Both the position numbers and the translations under genes were made by a program. DNA of 64,000 nucleotides, taken from the NCBI GenBank assembly GCA_963776345.1, contig CAVZMH010000024.1, forward strand, positions 32,001 to 96,000, read 5' to 3'. Under the pieces are notes generated by a model. That model was given only the letters and a program-made list of their open reading frames with translations. It was not told where the DNA came from and made no database searches. The DNA comes from an uncultured delta proteobacterium. Lineage in GTDB: Bacteria; Myxococcota; Myxococcia; Myxococcales; Myxococcaceae. Positions 48,287 to 58,797 of this stretch are shown piece after piece. The stretch's first letter is position 1. Each line of letters begins with the position of its first letter.

Positions 48287-48618
48287 TGGCCGTCCCCCTG
48301 CTTGCCGCCGGCGAGGAACGACTCGGCCGCGGGCGCGCTGTCGACACAGGCGATGGACGGCTGACCGTCCGGGCCCACCCGGCCCACCAGCACGTGGCTG
48401 TAGCCGGACGGGAGGCTCACCCTCCGCATCTTCATCCCGTTGGACAGCGTGACCACGTCGCGTCGCGCTGCCGAGCGATCGGTCGCCGCCCGCACCGCCT
48501 CGGTCACGCTCGCCGGGGCGGCGCTCCCTGCGGGCCCGGCGTTGCAGCCGGTCAGCCAGCACAGCGCGATCGCCACCCACGCGCCGGTCCAGGCAGCGCG
48601 CTTCACATCTCCGTTCAT
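48283..48618 (-). CDS. Small lipoprotein partner of the PA peptidase (copy 1)
   Basis: Lipobox LTGC; VLVGRVGPDGQPSIACVDS; stop overlaps the peptidase start. Confidence 0.65.
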   Translation of the reverse strand: MNGDVKRAAWTGAWVAIALCWLTGCNAGPAGSAAPASVTEAVRAATDRSAARRDVVTLSNGMKMRRVSLPSGYSHVLVGRVGPDGQPSIACVDSAPAAESFLAGGKQGDGQ

Positions 48619-48699
48619 GCGTCCTCCACGGCTTCGGACCGATGAGCCTAGGACACTCCCCACGCCGGAAGGCAGCGGCGATGTTGTAGGACGGGCGCG

Positions 48700-49404
48700 A
48701 TGCGTTCCTCCGCCAGCCTGCTCACCGTCGCGCTCGCCGCGCTCCCCGGATGTTCCCGCGGGCCGGCCCCGGCCGAGCAGGCCCCGCGGGAGGCCGTCGC
48801 CGCGGCGCGGCGCGATGCCGGGAGCGGTCCCTCCGCGCGGATGGAGGCTCCACCCCACGGGGTGGATGCGGGGACTCCACGGACGCTCCGGGCGGAGATC
48901 AAGCCGCTCACCCGGTTCCAGATCGTCCCGCTCGGCGAGGCGGCGGTCGAGCCGGCCCGCGCCATGCTCGAGCCGCTCCGGGAGCGGTACCTGGCGTACG
49001 GGTTCGACCTCGGCGCGGTCCTGTCCCTCCCTGCGGTCCGCCCGGCCGACTGCGCCGAGCTCCTGACCAGCCGGGTGGGCGCCCGGGGAACGCTCCTCGT
49101 CGTCGCCGGACCGGTGCCTTGCTCGACGCCCTTCGGGGCGGTGAACGCCGTGCTCGCCACGGGGCTCGTGCCGCTCGGCCCGCTGGGAGCTCCCGGACCG
49201 ATCGCCGAGCGGCGCCTGACCGCGCTCCTCGCGTCCCTGGTCGGAGAGCTCATCGGGCTGTCCACGCCCTGCACCGATGGCCGGGTGTGCTGCGCCCTCC
49301 GCAAGGCGCCGGACCTCCGGACGCTCGACGCTCAAGCCGCCGCGCCTTGCCCCGCCCACGCCTCCGAGCTGGACCGGATCCGCGAGGCCGCGGGGATGCA
49401 GTGA
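48700..49404 (+). CDS. Lipoprotein with a degenerate archaemetzincin-like domain
   Basis: Lipobox LPGC; ERRLTALLASLVGELIGLSTPCTDGRVCCALR..D..PC. Confidence 0.55.
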   Translation: MRSSASLLTVALAALPGCSRGPAPAEQAPREAVAAARRDAGSGPSARMEAPPHGVDAGTPRTLRAEIKPLTRFQIVPLGEAAVEPARAMLEPLRERYLAYGFDLGAVLSLPAVRPADCAELLTSRVGARGTLLVVAGPVPCSTPFGAVNAVLATGLVPLGPLGAPGPIAERRLTALLASLVGELIGLSTPCTDGRVCCALRKAPDLRTLDAQAAAPCPAHASELDRIREAAGMQ

Positions 49405-49421
49405 TTGGGCGGAGGGGCCGC

Positions 49422-50762
49422 TCAGAACGCCCGGCCGCCCTCCACCTCGGTCACCAGCCGCTTCCGGTAGTCGTGGTAGTCCACCTCGACCGCGTGGCGG
49501 ATGGAGTCGGTGAAGGCGAAGTCCGGGCGCTCGATCTCGCGGCGGATGGCGGCGTCGATGTTCGCCGGCCGCTTCCAGGCGCCGAGCAGCGCGCGGGCCA
49601 CCAGCTTCCCCTGCCAGTCCGCCAGGGGCCAGATGCACCCCTGCGGCTGGAACAGCCCGATGAAGAAGAGGTCCTCGAACCGGGGGTGGAAGATCTTGAG
49701 GTACAGCGGCACCTCGCGCCCCGAGTAGTCGCCTACCTCGGTGGTGTCGAGGAACGGGAAGCGGGTCACGTACCCGGTGGCGGCGATGATCGCGTCGAAC
49801 TCGCTCGAGGTCCCGTCGACGAAGTGCACGGTCCTTCCGTCGAGGCGGGCGATGTCCGGGCGCGGATGCACCTCGCCATGACGGATGAAGTACAGGAGCT
49901 CGGAGTTGAGGGTGGGGTGCGCCTCGAGCGGCCCGTGCTCCGGCTCGGGGAGCCCGTAGTCGGCGTTCTTCCCCTGCACCAGACGGATGGTGAGCTTCAT
50001 CATCGGCTGCCGGAGGAGCCTGGGCAGCTTGCGCATCAACCGGTCGTTCACCACGTCGCTGGGGAGCCCCATCAGGAACTTGGGGATGAACCAGTAGCCG
50101 CGGCGCATGCTGATGTCGGTGCGGGCCGACCGGCGCGAGGTCTCCACCGCGATGTCGCACGCCGAGTTGCCGCCGCCGATGACCAGCACCCGCTTCCCGG
50201 CGAACGGCTCGGCGCTCTTGTACCCGTGGCTGTGGAGGAGCTCGCCGGTGAAGGTACCGGGGTAGCTCGGCATCCGCGGGTCCCAGTGGTGCCCCGAGGC
50301 GACCAGCAGCGCGTCGAACTCCTCGCGCCGCCCGTCACCGAGCGTCACCGTCCATCCACCGCCGGGGCGCCGCCGCGCGCTCCTCACCTCCGTGCCGAGC
50401 TGCAGCGCCCGGTCCACCCCGAAGGCCCTGGCGTAGCTCTGGAAGTACTCCTTGAGCTCTGCGTGCCCCGGATAGTCCGGGTAGCTGTCCGGCATCGGGA
50501 AGTCCTCGTACTGCGACAGCCGCTTCGAGGAGATGATGTGCGTGGTCTCGAAGACGCTGGAGTGGCTGTCGCCCGGGCGGAAGATCCAGTTCCCGCCCAC
50601 CTCGGTGTTCCGGTCGTAGACCACCAGGTCGTGAAGCCCCGCGGCGAGCAGGTTCTTCGCCGCGGTGATGCCGGACGGTCCGGCGCCGATGACGCACACC
50701 CGCGGCCGGGCGAGCGCGGGGGAGGCTGGAGGGTGGGTGAACGCGCTGGTCGGTCGCTGCAT
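49422..50762 (-). CDS. Flavin-containing monooxygenase (class B FMO)
   Basis: GAGPSG, FTGELLHS fingerprint, GGGNSA, ATGY. Confidence 0.92.
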   Translation of the reverse strand: MQRPTSAFTHPPASPALARPRVCVIGAGPSGITAAKNLLAAGLHDLVVYDRNTEVGGNWIFRPGDSHSSVFETTHIISSKRLSQYEDFPMPDSYPDYPGHAELKEYFQSYARAFGVDRALQLGTEVRSARRRPGGGWTVTLGDGRREEFDALLVASGHHWDPRMPSYPGTFTGELLHSHGYKSAEPFAGKRVLVIGGGNSACDIAVETSRRSARTDISMRRGYWFIPKFLMGLPSDVVNDRLMRKLPRLLRQPMMKLTIRLVQGKNADYGLPEPEHGPLEAHPTLNSELLYFIRHGEVHPRPDIARLDGRTVHFVDGTSSEFDAIIAATGYVTRFPFLDTTEVGDYSGREVPLYLKIFHPRFEDLFFIGLFQPQGCIWPLADWQGKLVARALLGAWKRPANIDAAIRREIERPDFAFTDSIRHAVEVDYHDYRKRLVTEVEGGRAF

Positions 50763-50906
50763 GCTCCCTGCTCCTCGGCTGGCTGCCCGCACCATCCACG
50801 TTCGCACAACCCGGTGCCCGGCGGGGTGGCCGGGGCGACCGAGCGAGCGGCCCCGGCCGCGGGAATCCGGGGGCGTTCTGGTAACCTCGCCGCCCGCTTC
50901 AACCCC

Positions 50907-53525
50907 ATGACGTCTCCGCCGATCTCCGAATCCCCCCCGCCCGACGACCGGTCCCGGCACCGGCTGGTCCTCGCGGAGCGTCCGCTCCCGCCGCCCGGCC
51001 CGCCCTGGAAGGTGTGGACGCGCCGCGGGGCGAAGGTCCTGGCGTTCCTGGCGCTGGTGGGGATGACCGCGGCGGTGATGGGCGGCGCCGCCGTCTACTA
51101 CGCGTTCAGCGAGGGCCTCCCCGAGATTCCCCGCGTCGCGGCCTGGGCACCTCCCCTCCTCACCGAGGTCTACGCCGACGATCGGGTGCTGGCCGGCGAG
51201 TTCTACGACGAGCGCCGCAAGCTCGTGCCCTACGAGCGCATCCCCAAGCGCCTGGTGCAGGCCTTCATCGCCTCGGAGGACGCGAGCTTCTTCGACCACC
51301 CCGGCATCGACGCGCTCGGCACGCTCCGGGCGGCGATCAAGACCGTGCTCAAGAAGTCCACCGGGGCGGGGAGCGTGCAGGGCGGCTCGACCCTCACCCA
51401 GCAGACTGCCAAGGCGGTCCTCGTCTCCTCCGAGGGGTTCGAGCGGGCGACGAGGCGCAGCGGCTCGGCGGGCCTCAAGCGCAAGGCACGGGAGGCCATC
51501 CTCGCGCTCCGGCTGGAGAAGACGCTCCGCAAGGAGGAGATCCTCTTCCTCTATCTGAACGGCGTGTACCTCGGGCACCACAGCTACGGGGTGCAGGCGG
51601 CGGCCGAGAACTACTTCCGCAAGGACGTGCGCGACCTCACGCTCGCCGAGTCGGCGCTGATCGCCGGCCTGCCCCAGGCCCCGAGCAAGTACTCGCCCTT
51701 CCTGAATCCAAGGAGCGCCCGCGCGCGCCGCGGCTACGTGCTGGGGCAGATGAAGGACAAGGGGATGATCTCCCGGGCCGAGTACGACGCGGCGATGGCC
51801 GAGGAGATCCACGTCTACCCGGTGGAGGACGTGTTCCACGAGTTCGCGCCCTACTTCGTGGAGCAGGTGCGCAAGGACGTGGTGCAGCACTACGGGAACC
51901 CCGCGCTGCTCCGGGGCGGGCTCAAGATCTTCACCACCATGGACTCGGAGAAGCAGCGCGCCGCGCAGGAGGCGATGCTCGGCGGTCTCCTCCAGGTGGA
52001 CAAGCGGCAGGGCTTCCGCGGCCCGGTGTTGACCCTCGACACGCCCGAGCAGAGGAAGGCGTTCGTCGACCGGAGCGAGAAGGCCCTCGAGGGCAAGCCC
52101 ATCGAGAACGGCCGCTACTACGTGGCCCTGGTCGCCGGCGTCGACGACACCCGGGTGGACGTGCAGGTCGGCACGCACAAGGGAGTCCTGCCGCTGCTCG
52201 GGATGCGCTGGGCGCGGAAGGTGAACCCCGAGGCCTACTACCCGGGGGCGATGCTCACCTCGGCCCGCAAGGTGGTGAAGCCGGGCGACGTCATCGTGGT
52301 CCGGGCGGTGCAGGCCAAGGAGCTGACGGACGACCGCGAGCAGTACGACCGGAAGCTCTTCGACGCGCTCCCCCAGAACGTCCAGCTCTACCGCCTGGAG
52401 CAGGAGCCCGAGCTGCAGGGCGCGCTGGTCTCCATCGACCCCCATCGGCAGTACCTCTCGGCGATGGTGGGCGGCTACGACTTCGACGCCAACGAGTACA
52501 ACCGGGCGTTCCAGGCCTGCCGGCAGCCGGGGAGCAGCTTCAAGCCGCTGGTCTACTCGGCGGCGCTGGAGAAGCTCGAGTGGACCGAGGCCCACGTCAT
52601 CGTGGACAGCCCCATCGTCGAGAACGACCCCGAGCATCAGGTTCGCTGGAAGCCCGAGAACTACTCCGAGGACTTCCACGGCGACGTTCTCTTGAGGACG
52701 GCGATCATCAATTCGATGAACATCCCCGCGGTGAAGACCTTCGTCGCGGTGGGCATCGAGCCGATGGCCCAGTGGGTGAAGAAGCTGGGGCTCAGCACGC
52801 CGATGAACCGGGACTTCTCGGCGGCCCTGGGCAGCTCGTGCGTCTACCCCTTCGAGCTGGCCCAGGTGTACGCGACCTTCAACCGGCTGGGGGTGAAGAA
52901 GCCCACCTTCATGCTCCGGAAGATCGAGGACCGGTACGGCCGCACGCTCGAGGACCACACGGCGTTCGACGACCCCTGGGCCTCGCTCACCGACCGGATC
53001 GCCGGCGGCTACGCGCGGCTGTACGAGCCGGGCGAGCAGGTGATGGCGCCGGAGTCGGCGTGGATCCTCACCGACCTGCTCCGCGGCGTGGTGCGCGAGG
53101 GCACCGGCAGCCCGGCGCAGCGGCTGGGGAAGCCGGCTGCGGGGAAGACCGGGACCACCAACGACTCGTTCGACGCCTGGTTCGCCGGCTTCACCCGCGA
53201 TCTCGTCACCGTCGCCTGGGTGGGCTACGACCTGAACCCGCACCCGCTCGCCCGGTACGAGACCGGCGGGCGCGCCGCGCTGCCCATCTGGCTCAGCTAC
53301 ATGCAGCGGGCCCTGGACGGACGGCCGCAACCTGAGTTCGCGCCGCCTGACTGGCTGGAGGACTCGCTGGAGAAGAAGACCGTCGACACCAAGACCGGGA
53401 AGCTTGCCTCGTCGACGAGCCGGACCGCGGCGGTGATGTGGTTCAAGAAGGGCACCGCGCCCGAGGAGAAGACGCCGTCCAAGGACAGCGTCGACCCCTC
53501 GAAGTTCATGAGCCTGCCGAACTAG
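50907..53525 (+). CDS. mrcA: Class A penicillin-binding protein (PBP1A family)
   Basis: TM anchor; GT51 motifs EDASFFDHPG, GGSTLTQQ; TP motifs SSFK, SMN, KTG. Confidence 0.9.
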   Translation: MTSPPISESPPPDDRSRHRLVLAERPLPPPGPPWKVWTRRGAKVLAFLALVGMTAAVMGGAAVYYAFSEGLPEIPRVAAWAPPLLTEVYADDRVLAGEFYDERRKLVPYERIPKRLVQAFIASEDASFFDHPGIDALGTLRAAIKTVLKKSTGAGSVQGGSTLTQQTAKAVLVSSEGFERATRRSGSAGLKRKAREAILALRLEKTLRKEEILFLYLNGVYLGHHSYGVQAAAENYFRKDVRDLTLAESALIAGLPQAPSKYSPFLNPRSARARRGYVLGQMKDKGMISRAEYDAAMAEEIHVYPVEDVFHEFAPYFVEQVRKDVVQHYGNPALLRGGLKIFTTMDSEKQRAAQEAMLGGLLQVDKRQGFRGPVLTLDTPEQRKAFVDRSEKALEGKPIENGRYYVALVAGVDDTRVDVQVGTHKGVLPLLGMRWARKVNPEAYYPGAMLTSARKVVKPGDVIVVRAVQAKELTDDREQYDRKLFDALPQNVQLYRLEQEPELQGALVSIDPHRQYLSAMVGGYDFDANEYNRAFQACRQPGSSFKPLVYSAALEKLEWTEAHVIVDSPIVENDPEHQVRWKPENYSEDFHGDVLLRTAIINSMNIPAVKTFVAVGIEPMAQWVKKLGLSTPMNRDFSAALGSSCVYPFELAQVYATFNRLGVKKPTFMLRKIEDRYGRTLEDHTAFDDPWASLTDRIAGGYARLYEPGEQVMAPESAWILTDLLRGVVREGTGSPAQRLGKPAAGKTGTTNDSFDAWFAGFTRDLVTVAWVGYDLNPHPLARYETGGRAALPIWLSYMQRALDGRPQPEFAPPDWLEDSLEKKTVDTKTGKLASSTSRTAAVMWFKKGTAPEEKTPSKDSVDPSKFMSLPN

Positions 53526-53541
53526 GTCAGGGCGGCCGCAG

Positions 53542-54321
53542 TCAGCTAGGCGGCGGGCGGCGGTTGCCGCCCTTTCCCATCACCCGGGCGATGACCGCCT
53601 CGGGCACCAGCCGGCCGGCGCGGCTGGCGAGCACCATGGGCCACGGGTAGGCGAAGCTCTTCTGCCGCCGGAGGATGGCGCGCCCCATCCGGTCCGCCGC
53701 ATCGTCCGTCTCGAGCAGGAACGGCATCTTGAACTTGTTCTTCGCCGTCATCTCGCTCTTCACGAAGCCGGGGTGGATGCAGGTGACGGCGACGCCGGCG
53801 CTCTTGAGGTCGAGGTGGAGACTGTCGCAGTACACCTCGAGGAAAGCCTTGGTGGCCGAGTAGACCCCCATCTTCGGCGTCACGATCCGGGCGGCGAGCG
53901 AGGACATGCCGACCAGGTGCCCGCGTCCCCGCTCGGCCATGCGCGGGGCGAGGGTGGCGAGCGTCGCGGCCGCGCCGGTGACGTTGACCTGGATCATCCG
54001 CTCCACCTTCTCCCAGGTGTCCTTCCGCGGGTTGGCCTCGCCGCCGACGCCGGCGTTGGCGATGACCACGTCGAGGCCGCCGTCCGCCTGGGAGTCGATC
54101 TCAGGGAGCACCCGGCGGATGGCGGCGACGTCCGAGACGTCGAGCTGGAGCGGGACGATGGTGCCAGGCCGCGCGGTGGGATCGGCGGCGAGGGTGTCGA
54201 GCAGCTCGGTCCGCCGGGCCGCGGCCCAGACCCGCGCGCCGCGCCGGGCGAACCACAGCGCGAGCGCGCGGCCGAGCCCGCTGGACGCGCCGGTGACGAG
54301 GACGTTGCGAGGCTCACTCAC
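53542..54321 (-). CDS. SDR oxidoreductase
   Basis: TGASSGLG, NAG, YSATK, PGFVKS. Confidence 0.92.
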   Translation of the reverse strand: MSEPRNVLVTGASSGLGRALALWFARRGARVWAAARRTELLDTLAADPTARPGTIVPLQLDVSDVAAIRRVLPEIDSQADGGLDVVIANAGVGGEANPRKDTWEKVERMIQVNVTGAAATLATLAPRMAERGRGHLVGMSSLAARIVTPKMGVYSATKAFLEVYCDSLHLDLKSAGVAVTCIHPGFVKSEMTAKNKFKMPFLLETDDAADRMGRAILRRQKSFAYPWPMVLASRAGRLVPEAVIARVMGKGGNRRPPPS

Positions 54322-55640
54322 GCGGGACTTCTCCCTTCTCGTTTCCAGAGCGCGTAGACCGGGAGCCCGGCCATGACCAGCCCCAGGCCGACGAGGGTGT
54401 TCACGGGGTACGCCCAGGCGGTGGAGAGGACCACCAGGCCGGCGACGGCGACGAACGCGCCGGTGCTCCACGGATGCCCGGGAACCCCGAAGCGGATCTC
54501 CGGGTCGCCGCTCCGGACAGCGCGGCTGCGCAGCACGAACAGCGACGCGGCGGACAGCCCGAAGAACACCCAGTCGGCCGAGACCACGTAGCCGAGGATC
54601 TGCTCGTACCGGCCGGAGAGCGCCACCGCGATGCCCAGCGCCGCCTGCAGCACGATGGCCACCACCGGCGCGCGCGTCCGCTCCGAGACCCGGGCCACGC
54701 CGCGGAAGAAGAGGCCGTCGGCGGCCATGGCGAAGTAGACCCGCGGCATCGTCAGGAGCGAGTGGCTCAGAAAGCCGAGGGTGGAGATGGCGATGCCCAG
54801 CGCGATGAAGGTGGCGCCCCGCTCGCCGAGCAGCCCGCGCATCAGCGTCGAGGCGGGCGTCCCGGTCGCCGCCAGCCCCTCGGGGCCGAGCCCCTGGAGG
54901 TAGACCCAGTTGGCTCCGAGGTAGAGAACCACCACGCCCAGGACGCCGGCGATGAGGGCGCGGGGCAGGTTGCGCCGCGGCTCGCGCACCTCGGCGGCGA
55001 GGAAGTTTGCCGCCTGCCAGCCGCCGTAGGCGAAGAGCACCGGGACCATCGCCCCGCCGAAGGCCAGCAGGCCATCGCTCCGGGCAGCGACCTCCGGCGG
55101 CGCCGGGTGGTGGAGCGCCAGGCCGAGGACGATCAGCGCCAGGAGGACGCCGATCTTGAGGACCATCAGCGCACCCTGGACCAGGCTCCCGCTCTTCACC
55201 CCCAGGCAGTTGATGGCCGCGAGGAGCGCGAGGGTGAGGACGGCCACGGTCTTCTCGTCGAGCGGAACGGAGGTGAGCTCCACGGCGTAGCGACCGAAGG
55301 TCACCGCGACCGCGGCGGTGCCCCCCGCGTTGATGACCACCAGCAGGGCCCACCCGTAGAGGAAGCCCACGACCGGATGGAAGGCCTCGCGGAGGTACGC
55401 GTACTGCCCGCCCACCCGGGGCATCCGCTCCGCCAGCTCGGCGTAGACGAACGCGCCCACCAGGGCCACGGCGCCGCCCACGAGCCACGCCCCGATGATC
55501 AGCGGCCCGGTGTGGACGTGCCGGGCGACGACCGACGGATTGATGAAGATGCCCGAGCCGACGATGCCGCCCATCACCACCAGCGTCGCCTCCACCAGCC
55601 CGAGGCGCGGGACGAGCGGGGAGGGCGACCACGAGCTCAC
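54318..55640 (-). CDS. APC-family amino acid permease
   Basis: IVGSGIF, YAELA..P..GG.Y.YL, FAYGGW, EVREPRRNLP. Confidence 0.92.
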   Translation of the reverse strand: MSSWSPSPLVPRLGLVEATLVVMGGIVGSGIFINPSVVARHVHTGPLIIGAWLVGGAVALVGAFVYAELAERMPRVGGQYAYLREAFHPVVGFLYGWALLVVINAGGTAAVAVTFGRYAVELTSVPLDEKTVAVLTLALLAAINCLGVKSGSLVQGALMVLKIGVLLALIVLGLALHHPAPPEVAARSDGLLAFGGAMVPVLFAYGGWQAANFLAAEVREPRRNLPRALIAGVLGVVVLYLGANWVYLQGLGPEGLAATGTPASTLMRGLLGERGATFIALGIAISTLGFLSHSLLTMPRVYFAMAADGLFFRGVARVSERTRAPVVAIVLQAALGIAVALSGRYEQILGYVVSADWVFFGLSAASLFVLRSRAVRSGDPEIRFGVPGHPWSTGAFVAVAGLVVLSTAWAYPVNTLVGLGLVMAGLPVYALWKREGRSPA

Positions 55641-55700
55641 CGGGATCAGCCTAGCCCGCCCAGTCGCGCCCCGGCCCGAGGCGGACCGAGGGGGGCAAGG

Positions 55701-55756
55701 AAGAAAGGAAGGTTTCCTGTCTAGTTCATGGAAATAGACAGGAGACTTCCTTTCTT
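55701..55756. repeat. AT-rich palindromic element, copy 2 (REP-doublet-like; may also act as a terminator)
   Basis: AAGAAAGGAAGGTTTCCTGTCTAGTTC-ATG-GAAATAGACAGGAGACTTCCTTTCTT, ~26-bp imperfect stem. Confidence 0.7.
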
Positions 55757-55785
55757 TCTCTCACCCCTCTCGGCGAGGACGCGCG

Positions 55786-56808
55786 TCAGAGCTTCCAGTA
55801 CGGCTTCAGCGCCTCCCGGCTCGCCTCGATGGCCTTCATCGCCTCCCGGCTCGCCCCGTGCGGGAAGTCGTCGTGCCGTCCGGCCATCACCTCGAGGCAG
55901 GCGTGCACGCTCCGGGGAAGCCCGAGCAGCGAGTACCCGCCCTCGAGCAGCAGCACCAGCCGCCCGCCCGCGACCTCGTCGGCGAGCGACTTCGTCGCGC
56001 TGCACATCGCGGCGAAACCCCGCTCGGTGCAGAGCATCCCGCCCAGCGGATCGTCCTCGTGCGCGTCGAAGCCCGCCGAGACGATGATCAGGTGCGGCCG
56101 GAAGGCCTGGGCGATGGGCAGGAAGATGTCGTGGAACGCCGCGCCGAGGTCGGCGTCGGTCCGTCCGGCGGGGAAGGGGACGTTCACCGTGTAGCCGGCG
56201 CCGGCCCGCTCGCCCGTCTCGTGCGAGGCGCCCGTCCCCGGGTAGAACGGGTACTGGTGTACCGACTGGTAGAGCACGTCCCCGCGCTCCCAGAAGGCCG
56301 CCTGGGTCCCGTTCCCGTGGTGCACGTCCCAGTCGAGGACCAGCACCCGCGCCGCGCCCAGGGTCCGCGCGGCCTCGGCCGCCACCGCGGCGTTGTTGAG
56401 GAAGCAGAAACCCATCATCCGGTTTGGCTCGGCGTGGTGGCCCGGGGGGCGCACCAGGGCGAACGCGGTCCGGTGCGTGCCGCCGAGCACCGCCTCCACC
56501 GCCTCGATGGCCGCGCCCGCCGCCGCCAGCGCCGCGTCGTGGGTGCTGGGCGAGGCGAAGGTGTCCCCGTCGACGGCCACGTGCGCGCCCTGGAGCCCGG
56601 CGAACTCCTCCAGCAGCTCGGGCTCGTGCACCCGCGCCAGCTCCTCCGGCCGGGCCAGGCGGGGAGCCCGGAATTCGAGCGTGGGGAGCCGGTTCTGCTC
56701 GAGGTAGTCGAGCGTCCGCGACAGGCGGAGCGGTGACTCGGGGTGCCCGCGCCCGGGCTGGTGCTCGAGAAACAGCGGGTGGGTGAGGACCAGGACGGGC
56801 GTGGACAC
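55786..56808 (-). CDS. Histone deacetylase-family amidohydrolase
   Basis: [35 protein letters not shown]. Confidence 0.93.
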   Translation of the reverse strand: MSTPVLVLTHPLFLEHQPGRGHPESPLRLSRTLDYLEQNRLPTLEFRAPRLARPEELARVHEPELLEEFAGLQGAHVAVDGDTFASPSTHDAALAAAGAAIEAVEAVLGGTHRTAFALVRPPGHHAEPNRMMGFCFLNNAAVAAEAARTLGAARVLVLDWDVHHGNGTQAAFWERGDVLYQSVHQYPFYPGTGASHETGERAGAGYTVNVPFPAGRTDADLGAAFHDIFLPIAQAFRPHLIIVSAGFDAHEDDPLGGMLCTERGFAAMCSATKSLADEVAGGRLVLLLEGGYSLLGLPRSVHACLEVMAGRHDDFPHGASREAMKAIEASREALKPYWKL

Positions 56809-56912
56809 GGGCAGGGACGCCAGAATCTAGCGCAGCGCGCCGGCCCCGGCCGGGGACGACGAACGAGCTGGCCGCCGGACCGGTCGGGGAGAGTACAGTC
56901 CGGGGCTCATCC

Positions 56913-58646
56913 GTGGTGCGGTGGCTCCGACAACTGGGGCTGAGGAACGCGCTGTTCGGCGTCTCCAGCCTGTCGCTCCTGGCCGTGCTGGCGGCCATCT
57001 GGCTCTACGTCTCCCATGACGCCGGGCTGCTCGCCGCCATCCACCGTGGCGACGAGGCCGGGGTGCTGAGCCAGCTGGGGCGGACCCTGGTTCTGGCCAT
57101 GGTCGTGGGCTTCCTGGCCTTCGCCGCCGTGCTCCTGGTGCTGAGCCGGCTGGTCCTGACCCGTCCGCTGGGCGAGATCCTCGCCGCCGCGCGGCGGATG
57201 GGCGAGGCGGACCTGACCCAGACCGTCACCCTCGAGGGAGGGGCCGAGCTGGCCGTCCTGGCCGGGGCGCTCAACCGCATCGCCCAGGGTCTCCGGGACA
57301 CGCTGGCCCGGGTGCGCAGCGTGAGCGAGGGGGTGGGCTCGGTCATCGACCAGCTCTCGCGCTCCGGGGCCCAGGTGAGCTCGGGGGCGGCCAGCATCCA
57401 GTCGCAGGTCACCGAGACCAGCCGCTCGATGGCCGAGGCGATGGGCACGCACCAGGAGGTCGCCGCGCACGTCGAGGCGCTCCAGCGCACCGCCGAGGAG
57501 AGCTCGGCCCGCATCGCGGAGATCGCCCGCGGCAACGAGGAGGTCGCCCAGGGCGTGGAGCAGATGGCGGCCAGCGTCCAGGAGACCACCGCCGCCATCG
57601 ACGAGATGACCCGGAGCATCCTGGAGGTGGCGAAGGCCATCGACGAGCTCGGCGGCTCGACCGAGGAGACCTCGTTCAGCATCAAGCAGATGGACCTCAG
57701 CATCGGCCAGGTGGAGACCAACGCCAACGAGACCGCGCGGCTCTCCGAGCAGATGTCGGCGGAGGCGGCGAACGGCGTCCAGTCGCTCCAGAAGACGCTG
57801 GCCGGCATCGACCGCATCCGCGAGTCCAGCGAGCTGGCGGCGCGGGTCATCGAGGGGCTGGGCCACCGGGTGGGCGAGGTGGTGGCCATCCTCGACGTCA
57901 TCGACGAGGTGGCCGAGCAGACCAACCTCCTCGCCCTCAACGCCGCGATCATCGCCGCCCAGGCCGGCGAGCAGGGCAAGGGCTTCGCGGTGGTCGCCGA
58001 CGAGATCAAGGAGCTCGCCGAGCGCACCGGCGCCTCGACCAAGGAGATCTCCGAGCTCATCGCCCGGGTGCAGGAGGAGAGCAGGAACGCGGTCGAGGCG
58101 GTGGAGCAGGGCGTGCGGCACGTGCAGGAGGGGGTCGAGCTGGGTCGCGACGCCGAGACCGCGCTGAAGCGGATCAGCGCCACCGCCAACCGGAGCACGT
58201 TGATGGTGAAGGCCATCGCCCGGGCCACGGTGGAGCAGGCCCGGGGGAGCAGGAGCGTCACCTCGGCCGTCCAGCGCATCGCCGACACGGTGCAGTCGGT
58301 GACCCAGTCCGCGCAGGCCCAGGCCCACGGCACGGCCCGCATCACCCAGAGCGCGCAGCACATGCAGACCGTCACCGCGGACGTGCAGCGGCGGAGCCAG
58401 GAGCAGGCGGCCGGCAGCCGGCAGATCACCCGGGGCCTCGAGGCGATGCGCGAGCGGGTCCAGCAGCTCGAGCGTGCGCAGCGCGAGCAGACCCGCGGCT
58501 CGGCGGTGGTGCTCAAGACCATGGAGGCCATCCGGGGCGTCAGCGAGGAGCAGGCCCGCTCGGTGCGTCAGCTGGAGGAGGCCATCGCCCGGCTCCAGGA
58601 GGAGGCCGAGGTCCTTCGCGGGGAGGTGCGCCGGTTCCGTCTATGA
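56913..58646 (+). CDS. Methyl-accepting chemotaxis protein
   Basis: Two TMs, HAMP, signalling tip [31 protein letters not shown]. Confidence 0.93.
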   Translation: MVRWLRQLGLRNALFGVSSLSLLAVLAAIWLYVSHDAGLLAAIHRGDEAGVLSQLGRTLVLAMVVGFLAFAAVLLVLSRLVLTRPLGEILAAARRMGEADLTQTVTLEGGAELAVLAGALNRIAQGLRDTLARVRSVSEGVGSVIDQLSRSGAQVSSGAASIQSQVTETSRSMAEAMGTHQEVAAHVEALQRTAEESSARIAEIARGNEEVAQGVEQMAASVQETTAAIDEMTRSILEVAKAIDELGGSTEETSFSIKQMDLSIGQVETNANETARLSEQMSAEAANGVQSLQKTLAGIDRIRESSELAARVIEGLGHRVGEVVAILDVIDEVAEQTNLLALNAAIIAAQAGEQGKGFAVVADEIKELAERTGASTKEISELIARVQEESRNAVEAVEQGVRHVQEGVELGRDAETALKRISATANRSTLMVKAIARATVEQARGSRSVTSAVQRIADTVQSVTQSAQAQAHGTARITQSAQHMQTVTADVQRRSQEQAAGSRQITRGLEAMRERVQQLERAQREQTRGSAVVLKTMEAIRGVSEEQARSVRQLEEAIARLQEEAEVLRGEVRRFRL

Positions 58647-58797
58647 GTCCCCGCCGCGCGCCGTATCGCAGGTGCTGTTCGTGCAACCCGACGGCAGGCT
58701 GGGCAACGTGCCGGCGCTCGGCCGGATGGCCATCGCGCTGACCCCGGTCCCGGGGGGAATGGCAACCGCCTCAAAAGAGGTTTAAGAGCGCGGAAGG

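Noticed and set aside
48750..53525. 1591-aa and 1302-aa giant overlapping ORFs
   Set aside because: Stop-poor GC-rich extensions; the real genes are PBP1A (from 50907, +) and FMO (from 50762, -)
58647..58785. Short protein-like frame between the MCP and tatB
   Set aside because: No convincing start, RBS or recognisable motif
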